The notes: a model not told the origin generated them from the sequence alone. Counted from the first letter of the stretch, positions 43,482-53,951 are shown. The stretch: DNA of 64,000 bases from an uncultured Bdellovibrionales bacterium (GCA_964484195.1 CAZAER010000013.1:54361-118360), one strand, 5' to 3'. Program-made: numbers and translations.

Positions 43482-44417
43482 TCAAGGCTGGCCGGTGCGC
43501 GTCCAATAAAACGTGACGAACGGGTCACCGCGCTCGAGCCCTTCGTTGATCGCGGTGGAGTCGGCCCCGCCGTTCGCGAGCGCCGCCGGCAGCGTCACCC
43601 AGCCCGGACCGGGAACCACGGTGGCGAGGGATTGAATGGCGGCCTCGATAGCCATGTTCTTCGAGGCCTCACCTTCGGGCGAGTCTCCGTAGGTCGCGCC
43701 CCAGGCATAGAGCCAGCCCGCCGCCATGGCCTGGATCGCCGGCGCGGTGAACGGGACGAAGCCAATGGTGCTGGAGGTAAGGTTCAGGCGAAACGCGAAG
43801 GTCTCGTTGGCGAGCGTGGCGACTGGGTCGACGACCCACGGCGCGTAGACGTAGTGGCTGCCGCTCTTTTCGAGCACTTCGATGAAGCTGCGCTCGTGGA
43901 CCAGCTGTGCGTTGCTGATGCGTTGCATGAGCCGTTGACCGGCCTCACTGCGGCGGACGGCGCTGCCGAGAAGGCCCAAGCCTTCGTTGAGGGCCCACAT
44001 CACCGCCGCGCCCGCCTGCGCGCCGCGACGCTTCACGACCTCGGGTGTCATGGCGATCGCCGTCTGCGCCACGGGAAGGGCGACGCTCTTGATCGCCCAG
44101 GCGCCGGTGGAGAGCGCGGCTCGGGTCGCGGCGCGCCACGCCGAGACCCCTGTCTCTTCGAGAGGCTCGATGCCGGTGAGCTTGTTCAGGGCGCGGGCGA
44201 TCTGCTCCGCGAAAGCGGTCTCTGCACGCACCGCGAGCCCGCGCGGGTCGTCGACCACCACGATGTCTTTGGAGCCATCCGCGTTCGGAACATGGAGCTT
44301 GAGCTCTGCACCCTCGACGCCACGTTTCTCGAGATCGCGCACGGCAGCCGCGAGGCCGCGCGCCGCGGCCAGGTGGCGCGGGTTCGCGAGGTCGATCTTG
44401 GCATCGAGCGGAGCCAT
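43482..44417 (-). CDS. Hypothetical protein with C-terminal hydrophobic segments
   Basis: ATG at 44417; codon bias; no recognised family. Confidence 0.6.
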   Translation of the reverse strand: MAPLDAKIDLANPRHLAAARGLAAAVRDLEKRGVEGAELKLHVPNADGSKDIVVVDDPRGLAVRAETAFAEQIARALNKLTGIEPLEETGVSAWRAATRAALSTGAWAIKSVALPVAQTAIAMTPEVVKRRGAQAGAAVMWALNEGLGLLGSAVRRSEAGQRLMQRISNAQLVHERSFIEVLEKSGSHYVYAPWVVDPVATLANETFAFRLNLTSSTIGFVPFTAPAIQAMAAGWLYAWGATYGDSPEGEASKNMAIEAAIQSLATVVPGPGWVTLPAALANGGADSTAINEGLERGDPFVTFYWTRTGQP

Positions 44418-44422
44418 GCCGC

Positions 44423-45508
44423 TTAGAATGCCATACCGTCGACCATGGAGCTGACCGAGAGGCTCGCGATGTTCGCCCAATACGTCGGATAGAGGGCGTC
44501 GAGCTCCCAGGCGCCGGCGGCGTTCTTGCGGTACCAAGCCTCGAACGAGAGCTTGCCGGTGCCGCGCGCGCCCCAGGGGCCGTCGGTCCAGTTGCTGGCG
44601 AACATGAACGTGTGCACGCCCTCCTTGCTGACCAGCTTGGCGAGCCGTCCGCCCGCGAAGACCACGAGCTTGGTCGACGCTGCCGCGGGGAGCGGCACCC
44701 AGGTGAGGTGCGGGTCGAGATTGGGTCCGGTGTCGGAGGGAGCGTCGTGCACCGGCTCGAGCTTGGGCGGAGCCTTGGCGCGCGCCTTGGCCGCCTTCTC
44801 GCGCTCCGCGGGTGAAGGGTCGTCCGGCATGCCGAGGGTCGCGGCCGCGTGCGTCAGCTCCTCGACGAACTTGTACGGCTTGCCGCGCGACTCGCTGGCG
44901 CGGATGAAGTCGGCGGTGCTGGCGCGGGTGGCGCTCTTGAAGGCGTCACGGCCCGCCGGAGCCGCCTTGGGCAAGCTCTGGAGCTGCGTCCACAGCTTCG
45001 TGTATTCGGCGTAAAGACTCGCCGCGGTCTCCTTGTTGTCCGCGATAGCGGCACCACGGGTCCAGGCCCAGGCTGGCGGATCGGCTGGCAGCTTGAAGGT
45101 CGCAGTGAGCTTCTGCTCTTTCTTGTCGGCGGCGCGGGTGAGCGGGGGGCCCGCCTGCTTGACCAGCGACACCGGCGTGTCGTCGCCAGTGAGCTTGCTG
45201 GTGACCACCTCGAAGGCCTGGTTCCACGGACCTTTCTCTTCGCGCGCCACCAGGCTGTCGTCGAAGGTGTAGGTCATCACCACGGTGTTGGTGCCCGGCT
45301 TCAAGAAGTAGGGGTGCACGGGAAAGCAGCGGTGCTCCCACGACGGGTAACCCGAGGTGGTCCCGGTGATCGACTCCACCGACGGCATCTTCTCGGTGGA
45401 GAAGCCGTTCACGGTGGTCTCCGAGCGGAAGCCATCACCGCGTGAATCGATGACGACGACGTCGGGGCCGGTGAGGAGAGTGACGAGCACGAGGGAGGGG
45501 GTGAGCAT
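44423..45508 (-). CDS. Hypothetical exported protein
   Basis: Short hydrophobic N-terminus; 361-aa ORF with strong codon bias. Confidence 0.65.
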   Translation of the reverse strand: MLTPSLVLVTLLTGPDVVVIDSRGDGFRSETTVNGFSTEKMPSVESITGTTSGYPSWEHRCFPVHPYFLKPGTNTVVMTYTFDDSLVAREEKGPWNQAFEVVTSKLTGDDTPVSLVKQAGPPLTRAADKKEQKLTATFKLPADPPAWAWTRGAAIADNKETAASLYAEYTKLWTQLQSLPKAAPAGRDAFKSATRASTADFIRASESRGKPYKFVEELTHAAATLGMPDDPSPAEREKAAKARAKAPPKLEPVHDAPSDTGPNLDPHLTWVPLPAAASTKLVVFAGGRLAKLVSKEGVHTFMFASNWTDGPWGARGTGKLSFEAWYRKNAAGAWELDALYPTYWANIASLSVSSMVDGMAF

Positions 45509-45517
45509 GGCGGCACT

Positions 45518-45958
45518 CTAGCGCATTCGCTCCAAGCGTACGATCTCCGGTTCGTCGCCGATGGAGTGAACGCGCACCATGGCGCCGTTCTCGAGCTTCC
45601 CATGCAGCGGCGAGGGCACGTCGTGGAAGTGGACGCCGTCGACCGTGATGCACTCGTAACGCCGTCCGCGCGGACCGGTCGACGATTCGAAGTCGGTGAT
45701 CACGCCCTCGACGACCTTCGCTCTGCCATCGCGGACAGCGCTCGCCGCCGACAGGGCGTGCGGCATCATCGCCAGCGCCATGAGCGGGGCCAGCAGCCAC
45801 AAGCCCGACAGCAAGTAGGCGAGCCAGAGCCGTTCGGCCATGCGGCGCTTCAGGAGCCAGAATGACAGGAACGCCGCCGGTATGAAGACCGTGGTGATGG
45901 CGAGCGCCGTCCACGGTGCACCGTCGCGCGCCAAGTCGAAAAGGACCCGATCGACCAG
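45518..45958 (-). CDS. Hypothetical membrane protein (2 TM plus small beta domain)
   Basis: Two TMs then VVEGVITDF; no clear ATG/GTG start, so 5' end approximate. Confidence 0.5.
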   Translation of the reverse strand: MVDRVLFDLARDGAPWTALAITTVFIPAAFLSFWLLKRRMAERLWLAYLLSGLWLLAPLMALAMMPHALSAASAVRDGRAKVVEGVITDFESSTGPRGRRYECITVDGVHFHDVPSPLHGKLENGAMVRVHSIGDEPEIVRLERMR

Positions 45959-45960
45959 GC

Positions 45961-47343
45961 TCAGATCCAGAAATGCAGCATCAAGAGCAGGTCGTTCGAG
46001 AGGAACGTCGTTGCTTGGTAGAGCCGCCGGTACTGCGCGGTGACCTGCCAGCCTTTGTAAATGTTCCAGTCGGCGCCGACGGAGAAGCGCTGGCGGTGAT
46101 CGTCTTTGTTCACCAAGTTCACGTCTTGCCACTCGTAGGTGCCGAAGATGTTGATGCCGCGCGTCGGCATGTAGTCGAGCTCGTGGAAGATGAAGAGCTG
46201 ATACGCGGTGTCGGAGCGCTCGACCGGGTTGTAGGCGCGGAAGTCGGCTTCACCCAAGATGGTGAAGGGATAGAGATTGAGGCCCCATAGTGGACCTGCC
46301 GTCACCTGCGTGCCCGCGCCGATGTTGGTGGTGCCGGCTTCGGTGATCTTCAAGATCTCGGCGCTGCCACCGAGCTGCCAGCCGAGGTCGCGTACGCCTG
46401 CGGTGAGGGCGGCGCCGTAGCCGGTGTCTTGTTGCTCGCCTGGCCAGGCCTCGATGCCCTGATAGAAGACCGCGAGGTTGGCGTACGGGTAGTTCGGGGC
46501 GATGCCAACCTCGGCACCGAAGACCTGCGCGTATTGATCGTAGTCGAGACCGGCGCGCGTGAAGAGCGTGTGGTTGGGATGGCGCCAGCCGAAGGGCTTG
46601 GTGAAGCGGCCGGCGCGGACATAGCCGTTGTTCTGGAAGTTGTCGGCCTGTACCCAGAGCTCGCGAATGGCGAAGCGGTCATTCCACTCGCCCTTCTGGA
46701 TGAGATCGCGGCGATCGCCTTGCAAGCCGACGGTGCCGTAAAGCGAGATGTGCTTTGCCGGCTTGGCGTAGCCATAGAGCTCGGCCTGCATGGGGAAGAC
46801 CTTCGGCGCTTCTTCGCTGCCCAACGGCAGGTAGCCGAACACGCGGACGTCGGCGCCCCACTTGAGCTTCGGGTCGGGGTCGATGGGCCCGAAGCGGTCC
46901 TTCACCTTGGTCATCGGCGTCTTGCCGGCCTGCCAGCCGGAGAAGCCTTCCCAGAAGCGGTAGCGGCCCTTGGTGCTGTAGCTATCGTCTGGGTCGCGGT
47001 ACTTGCTGGAATCGACACCGTCGGAGGGGTGCGAGCCGAACATCGCCAGGCTCTCGTAGCCGTAGAAGTCGCCGGTGGGTGTACGCAGGCCGCCGCCGGT
47101 CTTGCTGATGTGGCAGCCGGTGCAGTCGAGAGTGCACTTGCGGCCGGCGTCGTCGGGCGGGTTGTACCAGCCCTGCGGCTCGATATGGCAGGTGTTGCAC
47201 GCTCCAGCGGACCGGATGGCGTAGAGCGGCGTCGCAGTCGTGCCTGTCGGCCACAGGACAGGCAGGACCCAGGCGAGGGCTGTCGATACGAACACCGCCG
47301 CGACCAAAAGGGGGGTCGCGCCAGCGCGCCTCACGAAGAACAT
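45961..47343 (-). CDS. Cytochrome c-porin fusion (two CxxCH motifs plus beta-barrel)
   Basis: CNTCH and CTGCH near N-terminus; VRAGRFTKPFG and amphipathic strands; C-terminal LHFWI. Confidence 0.75.
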   Translation of the reverse strand: MFFVRRAGATPLLVAAVFVSTALAWVLPVLWPTGTTATPLYAIRSAGACNTCHIEPQGWYNPPDDAGRKCTLDCTGCHISKTGGGLRTPTGDFYGYESLAMFGSHPSDGVDSSKYRDPDDSYSTKGRYRFWEGFSGWQAGKTPMTKVKDRFGPIDPDPKLKWGADVRVFGYLPLGSEEAPKVFPMQAELYGYAKPAKHISLYGTVGLQGDRRDLIQKGEWNDRFAIRELWVQADNFQNNGYVRAGRFTKPFGWRHPNHTLFTRAGLDYDQYAQVFGAEVGIAPNYPYANLAVFYQGIEAWPGEQQDTGYGAALTAGVRDLGWQLGGSAEILKITEAGTTNIGAGTQVTAGPLWGLNLYPFTILGEADFRAYNPVERSDTAYQLFIFHELDYMPTRGINIFGTYEWQDVNLVNKDDHRQRFSVGADWNIYKGWQVTAQYRRLYQATTFLSNDLLLMLHFWI

Positions 47344-47364
47344 GTCGGCTTGTGTACCACAGGT

Positions 47365-48723
47365 TTAGGCCGACGAGCCCATCTGTTTGAACAGTCTCAA
47401 GCTCATCCAGCCCAACAAAAGGACCGCGGCGGCGAGCGACCCCCAAAGGACGAGCCGGCGGACGGGAAGTGTCGCGTCCGGTGGCTCTGGGGTGAGCTTT
47501 GCGGGACCGCCCAGAGTGACCTTCGCGTCGACGATGCGGGCCGCGCCGAGCGATTCACCGCCCTCCATACGCGCCATGCCGGCGAGCGCCTGCGGGTCGA
47601 AGCTCTGAACACCGTGATTGGCGTTGCCGTAGGCAACGGTGAAGGGCGCTTCGCCTCGGCGCACGAAGAGGAGCTCGTGGGGCAGCCAACCGACCTCGAA
47701 CTTGGGGGTGCCGTTGCCGATGCCGCCGCCTTGGGTGCTGACCTCGAGCTGCCAGAACGGATCGGCGACATCGCCGACGTTGATGGTCACCGGACCCACG
47801 CCGTTCTTGTCGAGGCGGTAGATGAGTCCGCTATAGCGAGTGCTCCAAGGCCCGTCGGCGCTGCGTGCACTCGAGAGCATTGCCTCGGCGAGCGTGTTGT
47901 CCTCGGGCAGGACGATGCGGACGCGGTCGACCGGCCGGAAGCCGGAGAGACGGAAACGGTAAGCGCCTGGACGTGGGGTGGTGACCTCGCCGCCTTCCGC
48001 CCAATCCCGTACCGGCTCGGTGACACTGCTCGCCAGGCCGGCGACGACCATCTCGAGGTCACGGGGCGGTGCGTTTCCGGGCCAGGTGACGCGCAGGTAC
48101 TTGGCGCTCACCGGAGCGATTTCGACGCGCTCTTTGTCGATGTGGTGGCCCTCGTGGACGAGGCTTGCGACCGTGACGTCCGAGGCAACCGTCGACCAGC
48201 TCTGGAGGTCGTCGCCCGCGGCAATCGACAGGTGCTGCACGAAGCTCGCGACTTCGCCTTTCCAGCGGAATGTCAGGCTGCGGATCGGCTGGCCGACGTT
48301 CGAGGCGTCGATGAGGTAAGCCGTGAGCACGCTGGTCGCGTCACCGCCCGCGTCTTTGGTGCTCACCTTGGTGACCGCCCCGGTGGTGCTGCGCTCGACG
48401 GTAATCTCGACGCTGCCGGCCGCCGCTTGTGAGGTGGCCTTCAGCGGAAACACCGGCAGATTCACGTCGGGGTTCTCGCGCACCGATTCACTGGCGCGAC
48501 GTAGTGCGTGCGGCACCTGGCTCGCCGATGCGTTGAAGACTGCGAGATCGGCCGCGTCGTCGCGGGTGAGCTGCTCGTAGATCGTGACCGGGACGACCAG
48601 CCGTTGCAGCGCGTGCTCGGCATCGACCTCGACGGTCGCGCCATAAGCGAAGTCGTCGCGCTTCACTTGAATGTCGTCTTTGGGAGTGGCCGCTAGGACG
48701 GCAATGACCGCGAGATAGTGCAC
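47365..48723 (-). CDS. DUF3999 family protein
   Basis: DLAVFNA..VPHAL, LLFVRRGEAPFTVAYG, C-terminal LWGSL TM; adjacent to DUF2339 gene. Confidence 0.8.
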   Translation of the reverse strand: MHYLAVIAVLAATPKDDIQVKRDDFAYGATVEVDAEHALQRLVVPVTIYEQLTRDDAADLAVFNASASQVPHALRRASESVRENPDVNLPVFPLKATSQAAAGSVEITVERSTTGAVTKVSTKDAGGDATSVLTAYLIDASNVGQPIRSLTFRWKGEVASFVQHLSIAAGDDLQSWSTVASDVTVASLVHEGHHIDKERVEIAPVSAKYLRVTWPGNAPPRDLEMVVAGLASSVTEPVRDWAEGGEVTTPRPGAYRFRLSGFRPVDRVRIVLPEDNTLAEAMLSSARSADGPWSTRYSGLIYRLDKNGVGPVTINVGDVADPFWQLEVSTQGGGIGNGTPKFEVGWLPHELLFVRRGEAPFTVAYGNANHGVQSFDPQALAGMARMEGGESLGAARIVDAKVTLGGPAKLTPEPPDATLPVRRLVLWGSLAAAVLLLGWMSLRLFKQMGSSA

Positions 48724-48738
48724 GTGAGCTCCGTTACG

Positions 48739-51513
48739 TCAGGCGCGCGCCACGCGGGGTGGCACCGGCGAGATCCAGCCGATCAGCAACAACAAGAGGC
48801 CAACCACGAGGAACGAGATGATGCGAGCGACCGTCTGGATGTGCGACAGGTCGACGAGGAAGAGCTTGAGGACGACGACACCGAGGAGGGAGCCGCCGAC
48901 CATCCACACCACGCGCCATTTTTTGCGTGAGGCCAGCGCCGTGACCGCGAGGGCGATGAGCGTCCAGGCGATCGACAGCGAGCTCTGGACGACCGTCGAG
49001 TCCATGAGATCGTCCCAATCCCACGGCACGTCCGCGAAGTAGTGGCAGCTGCGTACGCAGACCGCGGAGAGATGGGCGAAGAGAACGAAACAGAGTACGG
49101 AAATGAAGGGCACGCGCAGCGCTTCGAAGCGTTCGGGATAGCGGACACGTACACGCAGAGCCCACGCGACGCCGGCGAGAATGATGAACGCCTGGGTCAG
49201 ATCGAGCGGCGTGAGCAATGGGACGTACGGCAGGGGCGAGGGATCGCCGTCGCTGCCGAAGCTGCCGCCCAGGCTCCAGAACAACAGGTAGACGACGACC
49301 GGCACGAAGCCGTTGATGATCGCGGTGCGGTGCGTGACCATCGGCCAGCGGTCGCGCAGGTCAGCCGCCAAGAAAGCGAACAGCACGAACGCGGGAATGA
49401 GCGCGACCGCCACCGCGGACCACACACCCTCGGGCACATGACGATCGATGTGCAGATAAGCGATGCCAGCGAGAGCCGTGGCCACGAGCAAAGGCGTGAC
49501 ACCGTAAGCGACCGCCAAGGTCTTGCTGTAGCGCTCCTGATCTTGGCGCCAGAGCACGAACATCCACGCGGCCAACGCGAACAGCCAACCGGCCCACGAC
49601 CAGTCTTGCTGTTGCGAAAGGCCAAGCTCGAGCACGGCCCAAATGACGAGGCCGACGGCGAGCTGAGGCCCGAGCAACAAGGCACCGAGACGGCCCGCCG
49701 TCCACGCGAGGCGCTTGGCGAGCAAGTCCAGCGCCAGGGTGTGGAGGGTGATCGCGGTGAGCGTGATGATCGCGAAGTATTCTTTCCGGTCGTGATCGAC
49801 GATGTCGTAGAGCGTTCCGCCGGTGAGCCAACCGACCGCCCACACGACGAGCAGGCCCTGGGCAACCGAGGAGACTGCCGACACGCGGGTGCGCAGGAAG
49901 TACGCCGATGCGAGCGCACCCACGGCGCGCAAGAAGGCGTAGGGATAGACCGCCTCGATGACCGGCTGGCTGGCTTCCGCCGAGCCCGGTGAGTCGAAGG
50001 TCACGCCTGCGGCGAACTGCAGGAGCACACCAGCGGCTTCGGCGAGGGGCTTCTTCTGACGACGACCGACCCAGACGAGACCAGCGCCTTCGAGCGCGTA
50101 CGCCGCCGCGGTCCAGCTCGCGTTCAGCGCGAACGGGATGGCCATGGTGACGAACACCACGCCGATGGCGAGAAATGCCTCGGCAAGGAAGCGACCGTGC
50201 TCGGGTGAGCGTTTCCACACCAGCGACGCCACACCCACGTAAAACGCCGCGACGATCACCGCCGAGATGGCGAGGCCCCAGGGCGTGTCTTTCACCAGGC
50301 CGACCTGCAACGCGAACGCTATAGCGGGCAGACCGAAGACCAACGTCCCGTCGATGACGCCACGGCTCGTTTGCGGCCGCTTCACCGCATAGAAGACCGC
50401 GATGGTCGCGTAGAACACGAAGAAGAGCGCCAAGAAGAACTGCGTCCAGGCGTAGTTCTCGGGTTGGTACGCCGAAAGGCCCCACGCCGTGCCCACGAGG
50501 AACGTGCAGGTGAAGCCGAGCAGATTGAGAACGCGCCAGTCCTTGAACCAGGAGATGGCGAGAATGCCGGCATTCAAGATGGCGTAATACGTAAAGAGCG
50601 CGACGAAGTTGCCGCTGTTGTTCGAGGCAAGAATCGGCGCCATGAAGCCGCCGAGCACGCCCAACACCGCGAGAGCCAGCGCGTCCTGCACGATGGCGAG
50701 GAACGCAGTCGCGAGCGCGAGGACGACGAACACCGCGAGCGCGGCGCCGTGCGGAATCAGGTCGTAGATTTTCAGCGCTGCAAACGTGACCAGATAGATC
50801 GTGCCGATGCCGCCGCCCTGCAGACTGACCGCGTAGGCTGCGCGTTTCGTGCGCAAGCGGAAGCCGACGACGAGCAAGCCCATGCCGAGAATCACCGTGG
50901 CGATGAGGCGCAGCTCGATCGGGAACATCCCGTGCTCCGCGCCGTACTTCACGAGGAAGCCGACACCGAACAGAAGAATGATGACGCCGACGCGGACGAC
51001 GGTGTTGCCGCCGAAGATCAGCGACTTGAGGAGGGCGAACGGATCCGGACCGCTTGGTGCGGCCGTCGGCTGTTCGGCCGTCGGCCATCGGCCATCGGCG
51101 ATCGGCAATCGGCCATCGGCAATCGGTGATCGGCCATCGGCAATCGGCGCTCGGCTATCGGCCATCGGCCCACTCGCCCGCGATCCCCCCTCTCCCTCCG
51201 CCGGCAGCTCGACCGTCTTCCTCTCCGACGAGGGCACCTCTTCGCTCAGCGGCGCCCGAATCACCGCCGGAGCGACCGGCGCGGGCGTCACAATCGTCTC
51301 GGCGACGATCGTCGTCGCGCGCGGCTGGCTCTGCACCATGTGCAGCTGCAGCTCGAGCGCCTTGAGGCGATCATCCAACGTCTTGCGGCGCTGGTGATCG
51401 ATGATCATCCGCGCAGCCAGATAGCCAATGATCATGCCGATGAACGCCCCGTTGGCTTCATCGGCCGCCGCCCCCATCAACCCGCCCAGCACGACCAGGA
51501 AGAAGGTCACCAT
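48739..51513 (-). CDS. DUF2339 family multi-pass membrane protein
   Basis: GGNTVVRVGVIILLFGVGFL, LQGGGIG, KLFLVDL..RIISFLVVG. Confidence 0.9.
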   Translation of the reverse strand: MVTFFLVVLGGLMGAAADEANGAFIGMIIGYLAARMIIDHQRRKTLDDRLKALELQLHMVQSQPRATTIVAETIVTPAPVAPAVIRAPLSEEVPSSERKTVELPAEGEGGSRASGPMADSRAPIADGRSPIADGRLPIADGRWPTAEQPTAAPSGPDPFALLKSLIFGGNTVVRVGVIILLFGVGFLVKYGAEHGMFPIELRLIATVILGMGLLVVGFRLRTKRAAYAVSLQGGGIGTIYLVTFAALKIYDLIPHGAALAVFVVLALATAFLAIVQDALALAVLGVLGGFMAPILASNNSGNFVALFTYYAILNAGILAISWFKDWRVLNLLGFTCTFLVGTAWGLSAYQPENYAWTQFFLALFFVFYATIAVFYAVKRPQTSRGVIDGTLVFGLPAIAFALQVGLVKDTPWGLAISAVIVAAFYVGVASLVWKRSPEHGRFLAEAFLAIGVVFVTMAIPFALNASWTAAAYALEGAGLVWVGRRQKKPLAEAAGVLLQFAAGVTFDSPGSAEASQPVIEAVYPYAFLRAVGALASAYFLRTRVSAVSSVAQGLLVVWAVGWLTGGTLYDIVDHDRKEYFAIITLTAITLHTLALDLLAKRLAWTAGRLGALLLGPQLAVGLVIWAVLELGLSQQQDWSWAGWLFALAAWMFVLWRQDQERYSKTLAVAYGVTPLLVATALAGIAYLHIDRHVPEGVWSAVAVALIPAFVLFAFLAADLRDRWPMVTHRTAIINGFVPVVVYLLFWSLGGSFGSDGDPSPLPYVPLLTPLDLTQAFIILAGVAWALRVRVRYPERFEALRVPFISVLCFVLFAHLSAVCVRSCHYFADVPWDWDDLMDSTVVQSSLSIAWTLIALAVTALASRKKWRVVWMVGGSLLGVVVLKLFLVDLSHIQTVARIISFLVVGLLLLLIGWISPVPPRVARA
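51066..51170. repeat. Degenerate 7-bp tandem repeat (TCGGCNA)n inside the DUF2339 linker
   Basis: tcggcca/tcggcaa/tcggcga units, about 14 copies, encoding PIADGR repeats. Confidence 0.85.
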
Positions 51514-51578
51514 TCGGGCGAGACTCTAACCTAGCCTGGCCTCCGGCTCATAACTTACCGTTGGCACGCGCCAGCGTT

Positions 51579-51893
51579 CTACAACAGCGTCAGCAGGCAA
51601 GCGGTCCCAGCGAGGCCGGCCGACAGCGCGGTGAGATAATTGGTCTGCTCGAACTGTTCCTGGGATCGCGCGCGGGCGATTTCGACAGGGTCGCGGCCGG
51701 CGGTTCGCGTCTGGGGTTGGGTCGGGCGGACATCGTCGGTCGCGACCATGCGGTCTTCGAACACGACACCGCGCACGCGCATGTAGTCCATGACGCGCCG
51801 CATATTGGCTCGGCTCGTGTCCAGCGTGGCGTTCAGGGAAGCCGTCTGGTCCAGAACCGAAGAAATGGACCTCTCCGTCATTGTCGCTTGCAT
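51579..51893 (-). CDS. Small hypothetical protein with C-terminal TM
   Basis: ORF fills the gap downstream of pyk; hydrophobic C-terminus. Confidence 0.45.
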   Translation of the reverse strand: MQATMTERSISSVLDQTASLNATLDTSRANMRRVMDYMRVRGVVFEDRMVATDDVRPTQPQTRTAGRDPVEIARARSQEQFEQTNYLTALSAGLAGTACLLTLL

Positions 51894-51968
51894 GGTCCTG
51901 GTATCGGCACCGGACGCCAAGCGTTGTGTGACAAGCCGGCACTCGGCCGGAACGCCTAGCCTCGGTAC

Positions 51969-53408
51969 CTAGGTGTAGCCGACCTGATGCACCGTCATGA
52001 CGTTCGTCGGGCCGTGACGCATCCTCGGCGAGCTCATCATCACCACGAGCCGGTCGCCCTTTTCCGCGAGCTGGGCCCCGAGCAGTGCCGAATCGAGCTC
52101 CTCGAAGATCTTCTCGGTCGTCTCGGCGTGCTGGCTGATGATGTGCGGCTGCACACCCCAGACGACGCTCATCAAGTCACGCACCTGGGGTGAGGGCGTA
52201 AAAGCGATGATGGACGTCAGCGGTCGCCGCTGCGAGCACAAAACCGCCGTGGTTCCACGGAGTGTGAAGGCGACGATGGCGTGCGCGTGCAGCTGCGCCG
52301 CGACGTTGCAACCCGAGTCGATGACCACCTTGTCGGAGGTGTCGAGGCCACGCTCACGCCGCCGCGCCAGCGGGTTCGGCTGCAGGGTCTTCTCGGTCAC
52401 TTCGATGATCTTGTCCATCATGGTGATGGACTCGATGGGGTACTTGCCCGAAGCGGTTTCGCCCGAGAGCATCACCGCGTCGGTCCCGTCGAGCACCGCG
52501 TTGGCGACGTCGGAGGCCTCGGCGCGGGTCGGACGCGGGTTGCGCGTCATGCTGTCGAGCATCTGCGTCGCGGTGATCACCGGGCGACCGATACGCAGCG
52601 CTTCGCGGATGATGCGCTTCTGCGCCATCGGCACTTCTTCGGGTGATAGCTCGACGCCGAGATCACCACGGGCGACCATGACTCCCCACGAGACCTCGAG
52701 GATGCCGCGCAGATTCTGCAACGCTTGCGGCTTTTCGATCTTCGAGATGATCGGCGTCTGAGCCCCCACGGACGCCAGGAGCTCTTTGAGCTCGAGCACG
52801 TCTTGCGGACGGCGCACGAACGACATGGCGATGCAGTCGACCTTCTGCTGCACCGCGAAGAGCACGTCGGCGCGATCTTTCTCGGTGATCGCTGGAGCGG
52901 ACACGATGCTCTGCGGCAGGTTCATGCCCTTACGCTGAGCGATGGCGCCGTCGTTCAAGACGCGGGCGCGGACCAAGCCCTTCTCGACGTGCGTGATCTG
53001 CAGAACGATGTTGCCGTCGTCGATGAGCAGCGGCTGACCCGGTTGGACGTCGCGATCGAGCCCGTCGTAGTCGCTGGGCAGCTCGTCACCTGTGGGCGCA
53101 CGGCCGACCGCGAACGAGACGATGTCGCCGACCTTCACGGGCTTGGCGTCACCGGCGAACTTGCCAACGCGGATCTTCGGACCCTGCAAGTCGAAGAGGA
53201 TGCCGACGGCGCGGCGGGATTCATGGGCTTGCTCGCGGATGGTCGCGATAGTGCGGGCGTGCGTCTCGTGATCGCCGTGCGAGCCGTTGATGCGCGCCAT
53301 ATTCATGCCCGCGTCGATGAGCTTGCGGATCATCTCCGGGCTCGCCGTGGCGGGACCCAAGGTCGCGACGACCTTGGTGCGGCGCTGCGTGAGATTGCGA
53401 CTAGACAT
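51969..53408 (-). CDS. pyk: Pyruvate kinase
   Basis: TKVVATLGPA, DLQGPKIR, MVARGDLGVE, ATQMLDSM, MLSGETA. Confidence 0.98.
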   Translation of the reverse strand: MSSRNLTQRRTKVVATLGPATASPEMIRKLIDAGMNMARINGSHGDHETHARTIATIREQAHESRRAVGILFDLQGPKIRVGKFAGDAKPVKVGDIVSFAVGRAPTGDELPSDYDGLDRDVQPGQPLLIDDGNIVLQITHVEKGLVRARVLNDGAIAQRKGMNLPQSIVSAPAITEKDRADVLFAVQQKVDCIAMSFVRRPQDVLELKELLASVGAQTPIISKIEKPQALQNLRGILEVSWGVMVARGDLGVELSPEEVPMAQKRIIREALRIGRPVITATQMLDSMTRNPRPTRAEASDVANAVLDGTDAVMLSGETASGKYPIESITMMDKIIEVTEKTLQPNPLARRRERGLDTSDKVVIDSGCNVAAQLHAHAIVAFTLRGTTAVLCSQRRPLTSIIAFTPSPQVRDLMSVVWGVQPHIISQHAETTEKIFEELDSALLGAQLAEKGDRLVVMMSSPRMRHGPTNVMTVHQVGYT

Positions 53409-53414
53409 AAGTGG

Positions 53415-53948
53415 TCAGGTTCTCTCGCGCTTCAGGCGACTAATCAAGCGGGGGCCGAAACGTAATGCGGCCCATGCGGCACAGGCGCCCAGCGAAATTC
53501 CGAGCAACGCGCCGCCGAGCACATCGCTGGGATAGTGTTTCTCGAGATAGACGCGTGAAAAACCCACGAGGAGCGCGATGATCGCGAAGACCACGGTAAT
53601 CTTCGGGTAAAAGCGCGCGAAAAGGGTGGCCTGCGCCGCGATGTTGGTCGCGTGCACCGAGGGGAACGAGAAGCTGCTGCCGCCGTGGGGCCGAGGCCGT
53701 GCAACCAGCGGCTTGATGATGCTGGCGGCGACTTGATCGGTCACCAGCAGCAAGAGCAGCGCGGTCGCCACGAGGATGCGGCCCTTGTCTCCGCCTTTCC
53801 AGAGTAACCAGACCGCGATGCCGAGAATGAGCCACGAGAATGCCCAGACGCTCGAGAGCCAACGCATCGGCAGATCGAGCCACGCGGCGTGGACGTGCGC
53901 CGCCATGAAGGCCATGGCCGCGTGGTCGAGGCGGTCGACGGCCTCCAC
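53415..53948 (-). CDS. PAP2 family phosphatase
   Basis: KPLVARPRP, SFPSVH, SRVYLEKHYPSDV. Confidence 0.92.
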   Translation of the reverse strand: MEAVDRLDHAAMAFMAAHVHAAWLDLPMRWLSSVWAFSWLILGIAVWLLWKGGDKGRILVATALLLLLVTDQVAASIIKPLVARPRPHGGSSFSFPSVHATNIAAQATLFARFYPKITVVFAIIALLVGFSRVYLEKHYPSDVLGGALLGISLGACAAWAALRFGPRLISRLKRERT

Positions 53949-53951
53949 CCT

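Noticed and set aside
46429-48432. 667-aa plus-strand ORF and other long antisense ORFs (e.g. 33861-35291, 35917-37260, 32546-33736)
   Set aside because: Shadow frames of well-supported opposite-strand genes, expected at high GC
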